Below, piece by piece: positions 17,875-26,627 of a DNA stretch of 52,366 nt. Position 1 is the first letter of the stretch, and every line of letters begins with the position of its first letter. This DNA is from a virus. Made by a program: the position numbers and the translations under genes. The stretch lies in the IMG/VR virus record IMGVR_UViG_3300030000_000014, one strand, 5' to 3'. The notes under the pieces were generated by a model. The model was not told where the DNA came from. It worked only from the letters and a program-made list of their open reading frames with translations, and ran no database searches.

Positions 17875-18340
17875 CGAAATGAACTATTGGGCCAAAATGG
17901 AAATTTGCCATTTACCCTTTGCTATGCAAGATATGGTTAGATTCTGTTTAGGCGATTTCATCAATAGTGGTCAAAGTCGTATAGTATTTGAATGGAAGTT
18001 TAGACCAAACACTGTTATAAAGTTCTGCAAGGCTGATGACTGTCAATCTAATTGGACTGAGTATGCAATTTGGGAGTCTGTCAAAGACACTAAAAATGCG
18101 AAGTGGTTTTGTCCTGTCATAGATATATCCCCTTGTGGTAGATTCTTATTAATGGAAAAGGCTCGTGCAATTACTAACGAAGATAAGTTGCCAAAGAAAT
18201 TGCCTAATTTCTTTACTGACATACACACAGGTAACTTTGGATATATCGATGATAGACTTGTTTGTATAGATTATCAGTTCATAACACGTGGTATAGACTT
18301 CGCATTTTGCACACAGAACACAAAAGTAAATTGGAATTAA
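17861..18340 (+). CDS. Protein-kinase-like (APH/choline-kinase-like) fold protein
   Basis: SGQSRIVF (Gly loop), VIK (beta3 Lys), LLMEKA (hinge), TDIHTGNFG (DxHxxN catalytic loop), VCIDY (DFG equivalent). Confidence 0.45.
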   Translation: METNNEMNYWAKMEICHLPFAMQDMVRFCLGDFINSGQSRIVFEWKFRPNTVIKFCKADDCQSNWTEYAIWESVKDTKNAKWFCPVIDISPCGRFLLMEKARAITNEDKLPKKLPNFFTDIHTGNFGYIDDRLVCIDYQFITRGIDFAFCTQNTKVNWN

Positions 18341-19398
18341 TGCCAAAAGTATTCAAATTAGACCCGGAAGCAGCTCACTTTAGTCGTGTAGATCGATACG
18401 CACGACAAGTTGAGCAATTATACCTTGAAGCAATACAGGAAGCTGTAAGCATTGGTTCAACCATATCATTGCCCGAAGGTAGCGACCAGTTTACTTTTGA
18501 CCAATATCCTCAGACTAAAGCAAGGATTGATAAGTTTATGAAAACGATGTCTCAAAAAATGACATTCATTATCAACGAAGCAACTGGCAAAGAATGGTAC
18601 GAAGCTGTAGCCAACAAAGCTAGTTTGATTGATTCATTCATCAAAAAAACACAGCTCACTAAATCACAACTGGAATCGTACAACAGTCGAAATTTGGAAG
18701 CCTTACAAGCATTTCAGAACAGAAAAATTGGCGGTCTCAATCTATCGGAAAAGGTTTGGAAATACACCAACCAATTCAAAGGTGATTTGGAAATGGCGTT
18801 GGACATTGGAATTGGTGACGGACGTTCTGCAGCAGAGTTAAGCCGTGATGTTCGTTCCTACCTAAATGATCCTGAAAAACTTTTTCGAAGAGTTCGTGAT
18901 AAGCATGGAGTATTGCAACTTTCAAAGAATGCGAAGAAGTACCACCCAGGTGAAGGACAATATAGAAGTTCGTATAAGAATGCAATGCGATTGACTCGAA
19001 CATCAATCAACATGGCCTATCGTGAATCGGACTATCTGAAAAATCAGCAGTTAGATTTTGTTGTAGGTTTTAAAGTTGTTCGCTCCAACCACCATTTCGA
19101 TTGTTCTGTTTGTGATTCTTTGAAAGGCAATTATCCGAAGTGGTTCAAGTTTGTTGGTTGGCACCCACATTGCCGTTGTCATATCGAAGATATTCTTGCA
19201 AGCGAAGAAGAGTTCATCAATCACCAAAAACGAATACTTGCAGGTGAAGATGTAGAACTTAAATCAAAGAACGAAGTATCAACACTGCCGGAAGGGTTCA
19301 CTGGGTGGGTTTCCGATAATGAAGAACGGATCACAAATGCAACGAAAAACGGAACACTCCCATACTTCTTGAAAGACAATGCAAAACACTTGAACTAG
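18340..19398 (+). CDS. Head morphogenesis protein (SPP1 gp7 / Mu F-like)
   Basis: ATG at 18340 overlaps the upstream stop. C-terminal VGWHPHCRCH resembles the gp7-family HPNCRC motif. Position after portal. Confidence 0.65.
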   Translation: MPKVFKLDPEAAHFSRVDRYARQVEQLYLEAIQEAVSIGSTISLPEGSDQFTFDQYPQTKARIDKFMKTMSQKMTFIINEATGKEWYEAVANKASLIDSFIKKTQLTKSQLESYNSRNLEALQAFQNRKIGGLNLSEKVWKYTNQFKGDLEMALDIGIGDGRSAAELSRDVRSYLNDPEKLFRRVRDKHGVLQLSKNAKKYHPGEGQYRSSYKNAMRLTRTSINMAYRESDYLKNQQLDFVVGFKVVRSNHHFDCSVCDSLKGNYPKWFKFVGWHPHCRCHIEDILASEEEFINHQKRILAGEDVELKSKNEVSTLPEGFTGWVSDNEERITNATKNGTLPYFLKDNAKHLN

Positions 19399-19418
19399 CT
19401 AGTAATCAACACAATAAT

Positions 19419-19449
19419 GTAAAAGCAATCTGAAAATGGTTGCTTTTAC
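19419..19449 (+). terminator. Intrinsic terminator after the head morphogenesis gene
   Basis: GTAAAAGCAA-11 nt-TTGCTTTTAC (perfect 10 bp), followed by a T-rich tract. Confidence 0.6.
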
Positions 19450-19519
19450 TGTTTATATATGTTACGAACATGGCTATCAGTAAGTTATCACGTTAAACAA
19501 CATTAATTCACTTCAATTT

Positions 19520-19563
19520 ATGAGCGTATTGCACACACATTTCAATTATTATTGTTAGCTTTA
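19520..19563 (+). promoter_or_regulatory. Diverged seventh copy of the palindrome plus -7 box cassette
   Basis: aTGAGCGTATTGCACACAC resembles the left half of copies D and E. TAGCTTTA lies at 19556-19563 with longer spacing. Confidence 0.4.
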
Positions 19564-19598
19564 CACATTCTTTTAAACAAACAAATAAACACAAGACA

Positions 19599-19850
19599 AT
19601 GTCAGTAGCAACATTACCCCCAACAAAGACCGACAAGGCAGTTGAATTATTCAACCTTGGCAACATAGTAGCAGCTTTCGGAATTTTCAAAACGTTCAGA
19701 ATTGGTTTTTCAGCAGACGAACGTAGAACACTTCAAATAGCACATGAATCAATGACCGGGAAAGAGTCGTTCTACAAGTCATTACAGATTGATACAGACG
19801 CTATCAAGACACAAGCCTTACAACTTATCAAATCAAAGTATAATCTTTAA
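19599..19850 (+). CDS. Hypothetical small protein
   Basis: ORF track. First gene of the accessory island. Confidence 0.45.
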   Translation: MSVATLPPTKTDKAVELFNLGNIVAAFGIFKTFRIGFSADERRTLQIAHESMTGKESFYKSLQIDTDAIKTQALQLIKSKYNL

Positions 19851-19863
19851 ACAGTAGCAGAAA

Positions 19864-20139
19864 ATGGAAACAATTAATTGGAATGCCCCAAAAAGTGAGC
19901 ACGAACTTATTGGAAAAATCGTAAAACGTGCAGTAAAAGAATTAGATGAAATAGTAGTCATGGACTTGAACATGGATGTGACTGCAACTCATTGTAATGG
20001 AACTCCTTTGGATTTGGAAAAGCTATTAGCCTTTGATGAATTCAACTTTTCACATGATATTTATGGTATCATGGATCATATCGACAGGACCAATGGAAAA
20101 CTAACTCGTGGTTTTTTACCTCGTTGTTCAAAACACTGA
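19864..20139 (+). CDS. Hypothetical protein (conserved-looking DL.MD..A.H.NG.PLDL..LL..D.FNF.HD..GI motif)
   Basis: ORF track. CAGTAGCAGAAAATG start context. Confidence 0.5.
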   Translation: METINWNAPKSEHELIGKIVKRAVKELDEIVVMDLNMDVTATHCNGTPLDLEKLLAFDEFNFSHDIYGIMDHIDRTNGKLTRGFLPRCSKH

Positions 20140-20143
20140 TGCC

Positions 20144-20347
20144 ATGAAAGTAAATGAATTAGTTCAAATACTGCAAGAATTAAATCAGGAAGCTGAAATT
20201 GTTATTGAACACGATTTAAAATACAATAGAGTGAATAGTAAAATTGACACCAGTAAGCCAATAAAAGAGATAGAAATCAAGCATGTAAAGTCAAATGAGT
20301 TCTTTACTTCTGAATATGCACTTAGCACAACAACAAATTTTAAATAG
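20144..20347 (+). CDS. Hypothetical small protein
   Basis: ATG at 20144 inside ORF 20108-20347. Confidence 0.4.
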   Translation: MKVNELVQILQELNQEAEIVIEHDLKYNRVNSKIDTSKPIKEIEIKHVKSNEFFTSEYALSTTTNFK

Positions 20348-20354
20348 TAGCAGT

Positions 20355-20549
20355 ATGAAAAAGCAAAAATTAAATGCCTATCAAATGAACGGTTACAACA
20401 GCCGTGAAGATTATTTGAGGTCTATTTCGGAAGAGAATGGAATTGAATACTCTGTAGTTTTACAACTGGCTCAAATGCTCGGAGCAGAAGAAGACTTCGA
20501 TGGTCTTGTTGTAACGATTGAAGAAAATAGTTTAATCTTTTCAGAATAA
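20355..20549 (+). CDS. Hypothetical small protein
   Basis: ATG at 20355 behind TAGTAGCAGT. Confidence 0.45.
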   Translation: MKKQKLNAYQMNGYNSREDYLRSISEENGIEYSVVLQLAQMLGAEEDFDGLVVTIEENSLIFSE

Positions 20550-20555
20550 AGGAAT

Positions 20556-20846
20556 ATGGCACACACAAACGGAGATTGGCAACGAGTATGGAACACAAAG
20601 AATAGTCCTGAAACTTGCATTATCAAAGCAATAGCAAAAGATGGTTCAAAAAAATCTATTTGTAGAATCATAACAAATGAAAATGATTTTGAAAATGCAA
20701 AGTTAATAGTTGCAGCACCGGTAATGCTAGAAGCATTGAAAAGATTTCAAGAAGAATGGGTTGTAAATGGCAATCCTGCACAAAGAGCAAATAATTATTC
20801 AATTGAGAAACAGATAAACGCAGTAATCAAAAGAGCAACAGAATGA
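20556..20846 (+). CDS. Hypothetical protein (NAKLIVAAPVMLEALK motif)
   Basis: ORF track. Confidence 0.5.
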   Translation: MAHTNGDWQRVWNTKNSPETCIIKAIAKDGSKKSICRIITNENDFENAKLIVAAPVMLEALKRFQEEWVVNGNPAQRANNYSIEKQINAVIKRATE

Positions 20847-21292
20847 AAACATACAAAGGCACTCTTCCAGAAATAGAGTTGAAGTACAAAAAAGGCGATA
20901 CGCTGAGATGTAAGATTGCTTCATCCAAAGATGCAGCAGAGTTATTCATGAAATTCTATGACCAGGACGTTTTCGAATTGACAGAAAGTGTAATTGTCAT
21001 TTACTTGAACTCAGCAAATAATACCATTGGTTGGATGAAGCATTCAACAGGAGCTACAAATCAAACCGTTATTGATCCAAAACTTATAGTCGGTGCAGCA
21101 TTAAAAATGGGAGCTTCCGGAATAATTATTTCGCACAATCACCCAAGCGGAAACGCATTCCCTAGCACTCATGATAAAGCTGTTACAAAACAGTTGAAAG
21201 ACGGATGTAAGTTATTCAACATTACATTACTGGATCATATCATTGTTACCGAAGATAGTTATTACAGTTTTGGAGATGAAGGAGAAATGTAA
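20843..21292 (+). CDS. radC: RadC-like JAB/MPN domain protein
   Basis: GIIISHNHPSGNAFPSTHDKAVTKQL...LDHIIV (JAMM motif HxHPSG...D). Confidence 0.85.
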   Translation: MKTYKGTLPEIELKYKKGDTLRCKIASSKDAAELFMKFYDQDVFELTESVIVIYLNSANNTIGWMKHSTGATNQTVIDPKLIVGAALKMGASGIIISHNHPSGNAFPSTHDKAVTKQLKDGCKLFNITLLDHIIVTEDSYYSFGDEGEM

Positions 21293-21310
21293 ATTTAAAA
21301 TAAGATAGTT

Positions 21311-21625
21311 ATGAAACGTATTGTAAAAAACAAAATCGAAAAGAAGCCTGTATCAAAAGACGAATTGATGGATCAGATAGTTCCTAAGCGTGGAGTTGCC
21401 AGTGCAGCAGAAAAACTAAGAGAGTTCAAAGAAAGTAATCAAAAACCAACGGTTCCAGTTTCCTCACTAAAGTATGGTTTTAAAAAAGCTTTGACATTGT
21501 TTGTTTCTCCTGATTTGACAAGAGAACAGATTATCGAGAAGTTCGAAAAACGTTTCAATGCTTCCGACATAAACATGTACAATGTGAAACGAGAACTAAG
21601 AGTAAAAAGAACAGTTAGAACATGA
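21311..21625 (+). CDS. Hypothetical basic protein
   Basis: ORF track. Confidence 0.45.
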   Translation: MKRIVKNKIEKKPVSKDELMDQIVPKRGVASAAEKLREFKESNQKPTVPVSSLKYGFKKALTLFVSPDLTREQIIEKFEKRFNASDINMYNVKRELRVKRTVRT

Positions 21626-22073
21626 CACATGAAGAATTAGAATTGCTTGAAATAGCAAAAGAAATAATCAAAAGCAATAGTCACTTGAATGCTATGCTAA
21701 GTGGGAGTTTAATGTTAGCTTATCGTGGAATTGATAAGCGAAGAGAAGCTACTGATATTGATATTTTAGTAAGTAGTGTTACTGGTGCATTAATTATTCC
21801 TAATGGATTTAAACAAAAGGAAATTGAAACAGAAGAAGAGTATGAAGAATCAGAGTATTGCAGATTTATTCTAACAATGATGGTATAAAATTAGATTTCT
21901 TCCAAACTGCCGAAATTCCTACTATTGTCGATGGCATTTCATGCGGATCAGTAAGAACGATGCTTGATGCAAAGTATGAGTATTGGAAAGATAATGGTAA
22001 CGAAAAACACCGTTTAGATTTGGAATTTTTGAATTATAAATTCCCTATTGAAACAGATGATTTACCATGGTAA
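21622..22073 (+). pseudogene. Minimal pol-beta-type nucleotidyltransferase split over two frames (21622-21888 and 21858-22073)
   Basis: SGSLMLAYRGIDKRREATDIDIL (GS-x14-DxD) is in frame 1. The continuation (IKLDFFQ..., possible third carboxylate) is only open in the -1 frame from 21846 and has only a TTG start. Confidence 0.45.
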
Positions 22074-22113
22074 TTGACCCAATGTAATTTTTTTTATATT
22101 TTTTCTTCAAAAA

Positions 22114-22146
22114 GTGAGCGTGTTACGCTCACTTTTTGTATTTTTG
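22114..22146 (+). promoter_or_regulatory. Palindrome plus -7 box cassette, copy C (upstream of the capsid/tail genes)
   Basis: GTGAGCGT-GTT-ACGCTCAC (perfect 8-bp arms, 22114-22132), TTTTTG, then TATTTTTG (22139-22146), which matches TAnnTTTG. Confidence 0.65.
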
Positions 22147-22234
22147 TGGCCTAACGAGCTTGTAACACAGGTCAAAAAAGTGATGTTTGTTGACATGGCA
22201 AGCTCATAAAACAAACCATTAATTCATTAATCAA

Positions 22235-22897
22235 ATGAAAACCAAAGTGTTACAACTCCTAAAACCCAAAACTGTATCGTTGGGGTTTAGTAAAGAAGAG
22301 CTTGAAGGTGTCGCAGCAGACCTTGCTGGAAACTTACAAGAAGATGCAACAGATGAAGCGATTCAATCCGAAATCGACAAAGTCCTTCCCTATTTGAAAG
22401 TGTCTCAGTCAATGGCTAACCGAGTAATCAATGCCGAGAAAGAGAAACTTAACAAGAAACAAGAACCCGCACCGGGGTCTGACAAAAAACCTGTTGAACA
22501 GAATGATGAAATGCCTGCTTGGTATAAGAAGGAAAAGGAAGAGCAAAAAGCTCTTATTGATTCTTTGATAAATGCCAATCAAAAGAAAGACCGCAGAGCA
22601 TCATTTGAAGCAACACTTGAAGGACTTCTACCCCTACAAAAAGCAGCAAAATTGAAAGATTTTGACCGTATCAATTTCAAAGATGATGAAGATTTCAATT
22701 CCTATGTTACCGAGCAAGAAGAAGTTATGAAAGGTATCAAACAGGAGTTAGCCGACAAAGGTCTTGAAATTATCGGTGCGCCAGGAGTAGGTGGAAAAGG
22801 CGATGTCCCTGATAAGCCATCTGCGGAAGTACTCGAACGTGTTGCTGAAAGAAATGCAGAGCAGGGAGCAACTGCAATTACCGGGCTCCCAAAATAA
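22235..22897 (+). CDS. Scaffolding protein
   Basis: 220 aa, charged and helical. Sits upstream of the decoration and capsid genes. Confidence 0.5.
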   Translation: MKTKVLQLLKPKTVSLGFSKEELEGVAADLAGNLQEDATDEAIQSEIDKVLPYLKVSQSMANRVINAEKEKLNKKQEPAPGSDKKPVEQNDEMPAWYKKEKEEQKALIDSLINANQKKDRRASFEATLEGLLPLQKAAKLKDFDRINFKDDEDFNSYVTEQEEVMKGIKQELADKGLEIIGAPGVGGKGDVPDKPSAEVLERVAERNAEQGATAITGLPK

Positions 22898-22908
22898 ATT
22901 AAATCATC

Positions 22909-23463
22909 ATGAATGTAAAATTTGGACATACCGATCCGGCTGCTGTCGAACAGGTAGTTTTCGAGCAAGTTCTTGGAGAAAAGCCTGGTGGTGCCTTAGT
23001 AGCTAACCCTACTTACGACATTAAGACCGGGACTGCTGTAGGTTTATCTGCAGGTATCCTAAAACCAATTAAAGCACTGCGACTTGTAAAGGCTGTTGGT
23101 GTTTCTGACACTACCATTGAAGTAGAAAAAGGTAGTGGTGTTATTGTAGGCGAATTTATCGCTAACGGTACAAAATCAGTTGCAGTTACTGAGGTTGACA
23201 CAACTACCAGTACTGTAAAGGATATTGTTACTGCAACTCTTGGTTTGGTTATTCCAGTTGGAACAGTACTGTATCAGGCAGCTTCGGCTTCTGCTTCGGC
23301 AGCTACTCCAATCTACACACCAAGTTTCCTAACAGGTGCACCGGTGTATGCAGGCGAAGGAGATCAACTTGTAAGAGTTATCAACATTGCCAATGTGAGA
23401 AAAGAAACGGTTAATGCTTCTACAGAAGTTTTAGCTCTGTTACAAACCATTAAAGCTGTATAA
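22909..23463 (+). CDS. Putative head decoration protein
   Basis: 184 aa, Gly/Val/Thr-rich beta-type sequence. The call rests on its position directly upstream of a gpE-like capsid gene. Confidence 0.35.
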   Translation: MNVKFGHTDPAAVEQVVFEQVLGEKPGGALVANPTYDIKTGTAVGLSAGILKPIKALRLVKAVGVSDTTIEVEKGSGVIVGEFIANGTKSVAVTEVDTTTSTVKDIVTATLGLVIPVGTVLYQAASASASAATPIYTPSFLTGAPVYAGEGDQLVRVINIANVRKETVNASTEVLALLQTIKAV

Positions 23464-23465
23464 TC

Positions 23466-24566
23466 ATGGAAAAACCATTATTTGAGCTAGATCAACCCGG
23501 CATGAATGCCGAGGTGAACTCGTATAAACCGGGTACTGGACTTGTTTGGTCCATCTTGTTCCCGTTGAAGTACACTCCTAAATTTGACCTGAAAGGAATT
23601 GAGGGCAATGAAGGAATTCCTATTTCTGCCGACCGTGTTGCATTCAATGTGAAAGCTCCTTTGAAAACACGAAAGACTGTTGGTTCTTGGAGCGGAAAGC
23701 TTGGTAAAATCTCTATGTCGAAAGAGAAAGACGAAGTTCAAATCAACGAATATCGCGACCTTAAAACAATCTCTGCTGCAAATACACAAGACAAAGCTAC
23801 TGCAAGGTACTTGGTTGATATGGTGTATGATGACATCAAGGCTTGTTCTGACGGTATCGACTACAAAGTTGAAATTGATGCTTTGCGTATCGGCTCAGCC
23901 GGAAAGCAAACTTTCCCTGCATCCATTGAGGGTGACATGGCAACTACCGATGAAATCAACTTCAATATTGCTGCTGAAAACTTCGTAGGAGTTACAAAAG
24001 CTTGGAGTGATATTACTGCTGATGGAATTGGCGATGTTGTGAAAATGCAGAAAGAAATCACTAAAAAAGGTTTGAAAAAACCAATGTTTGCCATTTTGGA
24101 AACTTCCAAATTCGAGCAACTTTTGGCTCAAACTGCTACTGCTAAAAAAGTGGCTTCTATCTTGATGAACGTAAGTGGTTTGACTTCAACAGAAGTTCTT
24201 TCTGTTGATAACGTAAATGCTTACATGCGCTCAAAAGGGTTTCCTCAGTTCCTTGTTTTGGATAGTTATGCAACTATCGAAGACAAAGCGGGAAAACAAA
24301 CTACAATCAAACCTTGGAATGAAAATGTAGTTACTCTTTCGCCTGTTCCACAATTGGGTTGGACTTATTACAAGCCTGTTCCAGTTATCGAAGAAACTGC
24401 TGCTTTGCAAGCTCAGGGAGCTTTTGCAAAAACAACTGTTTACTCGCAAGTTAACCCTATGTTGGAGGTTACAATGGCAGAAGCCTATGTACAACCTGCA
24501 TTGATCAACCGTGCTTCGTTAGTGTTCATCAACACTACCAACGTAGCTTGGAACGGAGGATTATAA
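23466..24566 (+). CDS. Major capsid protein (gpE-like)
   Basis: 366 aa. Position after the scaffold and decoration genes. Resembles the lambda E-type capsid family in length and N-terminal pattern. Confidence 0.65.
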   Translation: MEKPLFELDQPGMNAEVNSYKPGTGLVWSILFPLKYTPKFDLKGIEGNEGIPISADRVAFNVKAPLKTRKTVGSWSGKLGKISMSKEKDEVQINEYRDLKTISAANTQDKATARYLVDMVYDDIKACSDGIDYKVEIDALRIGSAGKQTFPASIEGDMATTDEINFNIAAENFVGVTKAWSDITADGIGDVVKMQKEITKKGLKKPMFAILETSKFEQLLAQTATAKKVASILMNVSGLTSTEVLSVDNVNAYMRSKGFPQFLVLDSYATIEDKAGKQTTIKPWNENVVTLSPVPQLGWTYYKPVPVIEETAALQAQGAFAKTTVYSQVNPMLEVTMAEAYVQPALINRASLVFINTTNVAWNGGL

Positions 24567-24567
24567 G

Positions 24568-24873
24568 ATGACCAATCTTGCAGCTATAACAGAGGACTTG
24601 CAACCATATCCTGTTCGTCAATCATTAATCGTAAGGCAGTGTGAAAAGCACAGCCTTGCGGCTACTGAGGCTGTAAGCGATGAAAAAAAGATAGCAATTA
24701 TTGTTGTTGAAATTTTGTCGCAAATGGTGATGCTCAATAACGTTTCCGAGGGTGGTGTTTCTATTTCTTTCAATAAGGAAGAAGTAAACACATTTATCAA
24801 ACGGAAATGTGTTGAAGCCGGTATTGATTCAACGACTTACATTAAACAAGCAACTGTCGAAAGATTAGAATAA
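24568..24873 (+). CDS. Head-tail connector candidate
   Basis: Assigned by position only. Confidence 0.35.
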   Translation: MTNLAAITEDLQPYPVRQSLIVRQCEKHSLAATEAVSDEKKIAIIVVEILSQMVMLNNVSEGGVSISFNKEEVNTFIKRKCVEAGIDSTTYIKQATVERLE

Positions 24874-25184
24874 TGAAAGGAACTATTCAGGCAAAAGTAA
24901 AAAAGTCAGGCGGTGGACAAACTCCGAAAGGTACTGCTATCCCTGATGTTTTCGATTGGGGCGAACCTGTTGAATGTTTGTACAAAGCAAACACTCACAA
25001 CAACAAAGGCAAGTATCAGGACGGAAATTTTACCCAGTCAGAATATGTCATTACCGTTCAAGATCAAAATTTCAACGCTACGCAAGTACTCTTGAAAGAC
25101 AGTCGTGGAAATGTAGTTTGCGAAAAGCAAGTTCAGTATTTGGAAGTGCTAGAAACAATACAACGTGTAAAAATAACTATCTAA
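24873..25184 (+). CDS. Head closure/adaptor candidate
   Basis: Assigned by position only. Confidence 0.35.
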   Translation: MKGTIQAKVKKSGGGQTPKGTAIPDVFDWGEPVECLYKANTHNNKGKYQDGNFTQSEYVITVQDQNFNATQVLLKDSRGNVVCEKQVQYLEVLETIQRVKITI

Positions 25185-25627
25185 TGCTATCAGACAATAG
25201 TTTCAGTATTCATGCCATTCAGGAACAACTCTACAAAGAGATTGAGACCCGAAAGAAAGCTGTTTTACGAACACTGATATACGTTGGAAAGGAAGCCGTA
25301 AACAAGGCTAGAAGTAGTCATAAATACATTGATCAAACAGGTAATCTTACATCGTCAATTGGCTTTGTCGTTTTGGATGATGGTGTGGTTGTAAGTAAGT
25401 CCTCATTCCCTACTGTAAAGAAAGGAAGCAAAGGCAAAAGAGATGGTACCAATTTTCTGAAAAGCTTAATTGCTGAGAATAAAAAAGGTATGGTTTTGAT
25501 TGTTGTTGCCGGAATGAATTACGCTAGCTGTGTTGAAGCAATGGGATTGGATGTACTTATTTCTGCTGAATTATACGCTGAACAAAAGATACCTGAATTA
25601 TTAAGACAACTAGGATTTGCAGCATGA
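25184..25627 (+). CDS. HK97 gp10-like head-tail joining protein
   Basis: ATG at 25184 overlaps the upstream stop. QTGNLTSSIGF motif and position fit. Confidence 0.45.
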   Translation: MLSDNSFSIHAIQEQLYKEIETRKKAVLRTLIYVGKEAVNKARSSHKYIDQTGNLTSSIGFVVLDDGVVVSKSSFPTVKKGSKGKRDGTNFLKSLIAENKKGMVLIVVAGMNYASCVEAMGLDVLISAELYAEQKIPELLRQLGFAA

Positions 25628-26022
25628 AAAAAACAAGTGGACAAATAGAGGAATATGTTTATGTATTGATTAATGGTAGTTCGTTGAAAACGGATATCAG
25701 AGGTAATATTTATAGACCAGGACTTCGACCAGATAATGCAGATACAGAAGACTTAGTGATTCAAAGGCCAATTGGTACAGCTAATCAGGTTCAGATTGGA
25801 ATAGTAAATATCAATGTTTACGTTCCGAATATCACTTCAAATGGGGCTAATGTAAAGGATGTTGATAGGTGTGTAGAAATTGAAGTTCTAATGAATTCAT
25901 TTTTTGAATCACTGTCAGATATCAACTACGACTTTAGTTTAGATGAAATGATTTCAACAGAAAAAGCAGAAGGGATTGATCAATACTTTGTAAATGCAAG
26001 ATTAAAATTCAAAACAATTTAA
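25624..26022 (+). CDS. Tail completion/terminator candidate
   Basis: Assigned by position only. Confidence 0.35.
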   Translation: MKKTSGQIEEYVYVLINGSSLKTDIRGNIYRPGLRPDNADTEDLVIQRPIGTANQVQIGIVNINVYVPNITSNGANVKDVDRCVEIEVLMNSFFESLSDINYDFSLDEMISTEKAEGIDQYFVNARLKFKTI

Positions 26023-26043
26023 TTTAAAGAAAGGGAAAAATAT

Positions 26044-26544
26044 ATGTCTGAAATAATTATGTCATGGAGCGAAGCAGATATCAAGATCGGGAAAACCGGT
26101 GCTGCTGATGCTATTGCAGTTACACTTACAGATGTTGGTGTAATCAAAGACAAAACGACCAATATGGCTTCTACTGATGGAGCGCAATTGAAAGCAACTG
26201 CAACAGGTGGAAAGCTTGTTGCTGTTCAAGGTTCTGACGGAGAAATTACAATCAAAACAAGAATTATTGAGCCTGATTTCGAGATGTTGAGCACATTGCT
26301 TGACTCTACGTTGAATGTGGCAAAAGACGAATTGATTGTAAAATCACACGTTATCAATGATCCTTATTCTGTTGTCGTAACTCCAAAAAATCTTGGAGCA
26401 ACCGGTGTAAAAGTTCGCAAAGCGAGCGTGTCTTACGTTACTGGTAGATCAGAAGAAGAAGGTGAATTTGCCGATTTGACTTTTATCGTTTTGACTTGTG
26501 CTGATGGAGAACTTTACACAAAGTTCAAGAAAAAAGCAGCATAA
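26044..26544 (+). CDS. Major tail (tube) protein
   Basis: 166 aa beta-rich protein immediately upstream of the chaperone and tape measure genes. Confidence 0.5.
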   Translation: MSEIIMSWSEADIKIGKTGAADAIAVTLTDVGVIKDKTTNMASTDGAQLKATATGGKLVAVQGSDGEITIKTRIIEPDFEMLSTLLDSTLNVAKDELIVKSHVINDPYSVVVTPKNLGATGVKVRKASVSYVTGRSEEEGEFADLTFIVLTCADGELYTKFKKKAA

Positions 26545-26563
26545 AATTCGGGAAGAATAACTG

Positions 26564-26600
26564 AATATTCGGGAAGAATTACACATTCTTCCCGAATATT
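26564..26600 (+). terminator. 16-bp hairpin after the tail tube gene
   Basis: ATATTCGGGAAGAAT...ATTCTTCCCGAATAT with an ACAC-containing loop. A direct copy of ATTCGGGAAGAAT lies at 26546-26558. Confidence 0.55.
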
Positions 26601-26627
26601 ATCTATTTACTCCGGAACTTTTCGACA

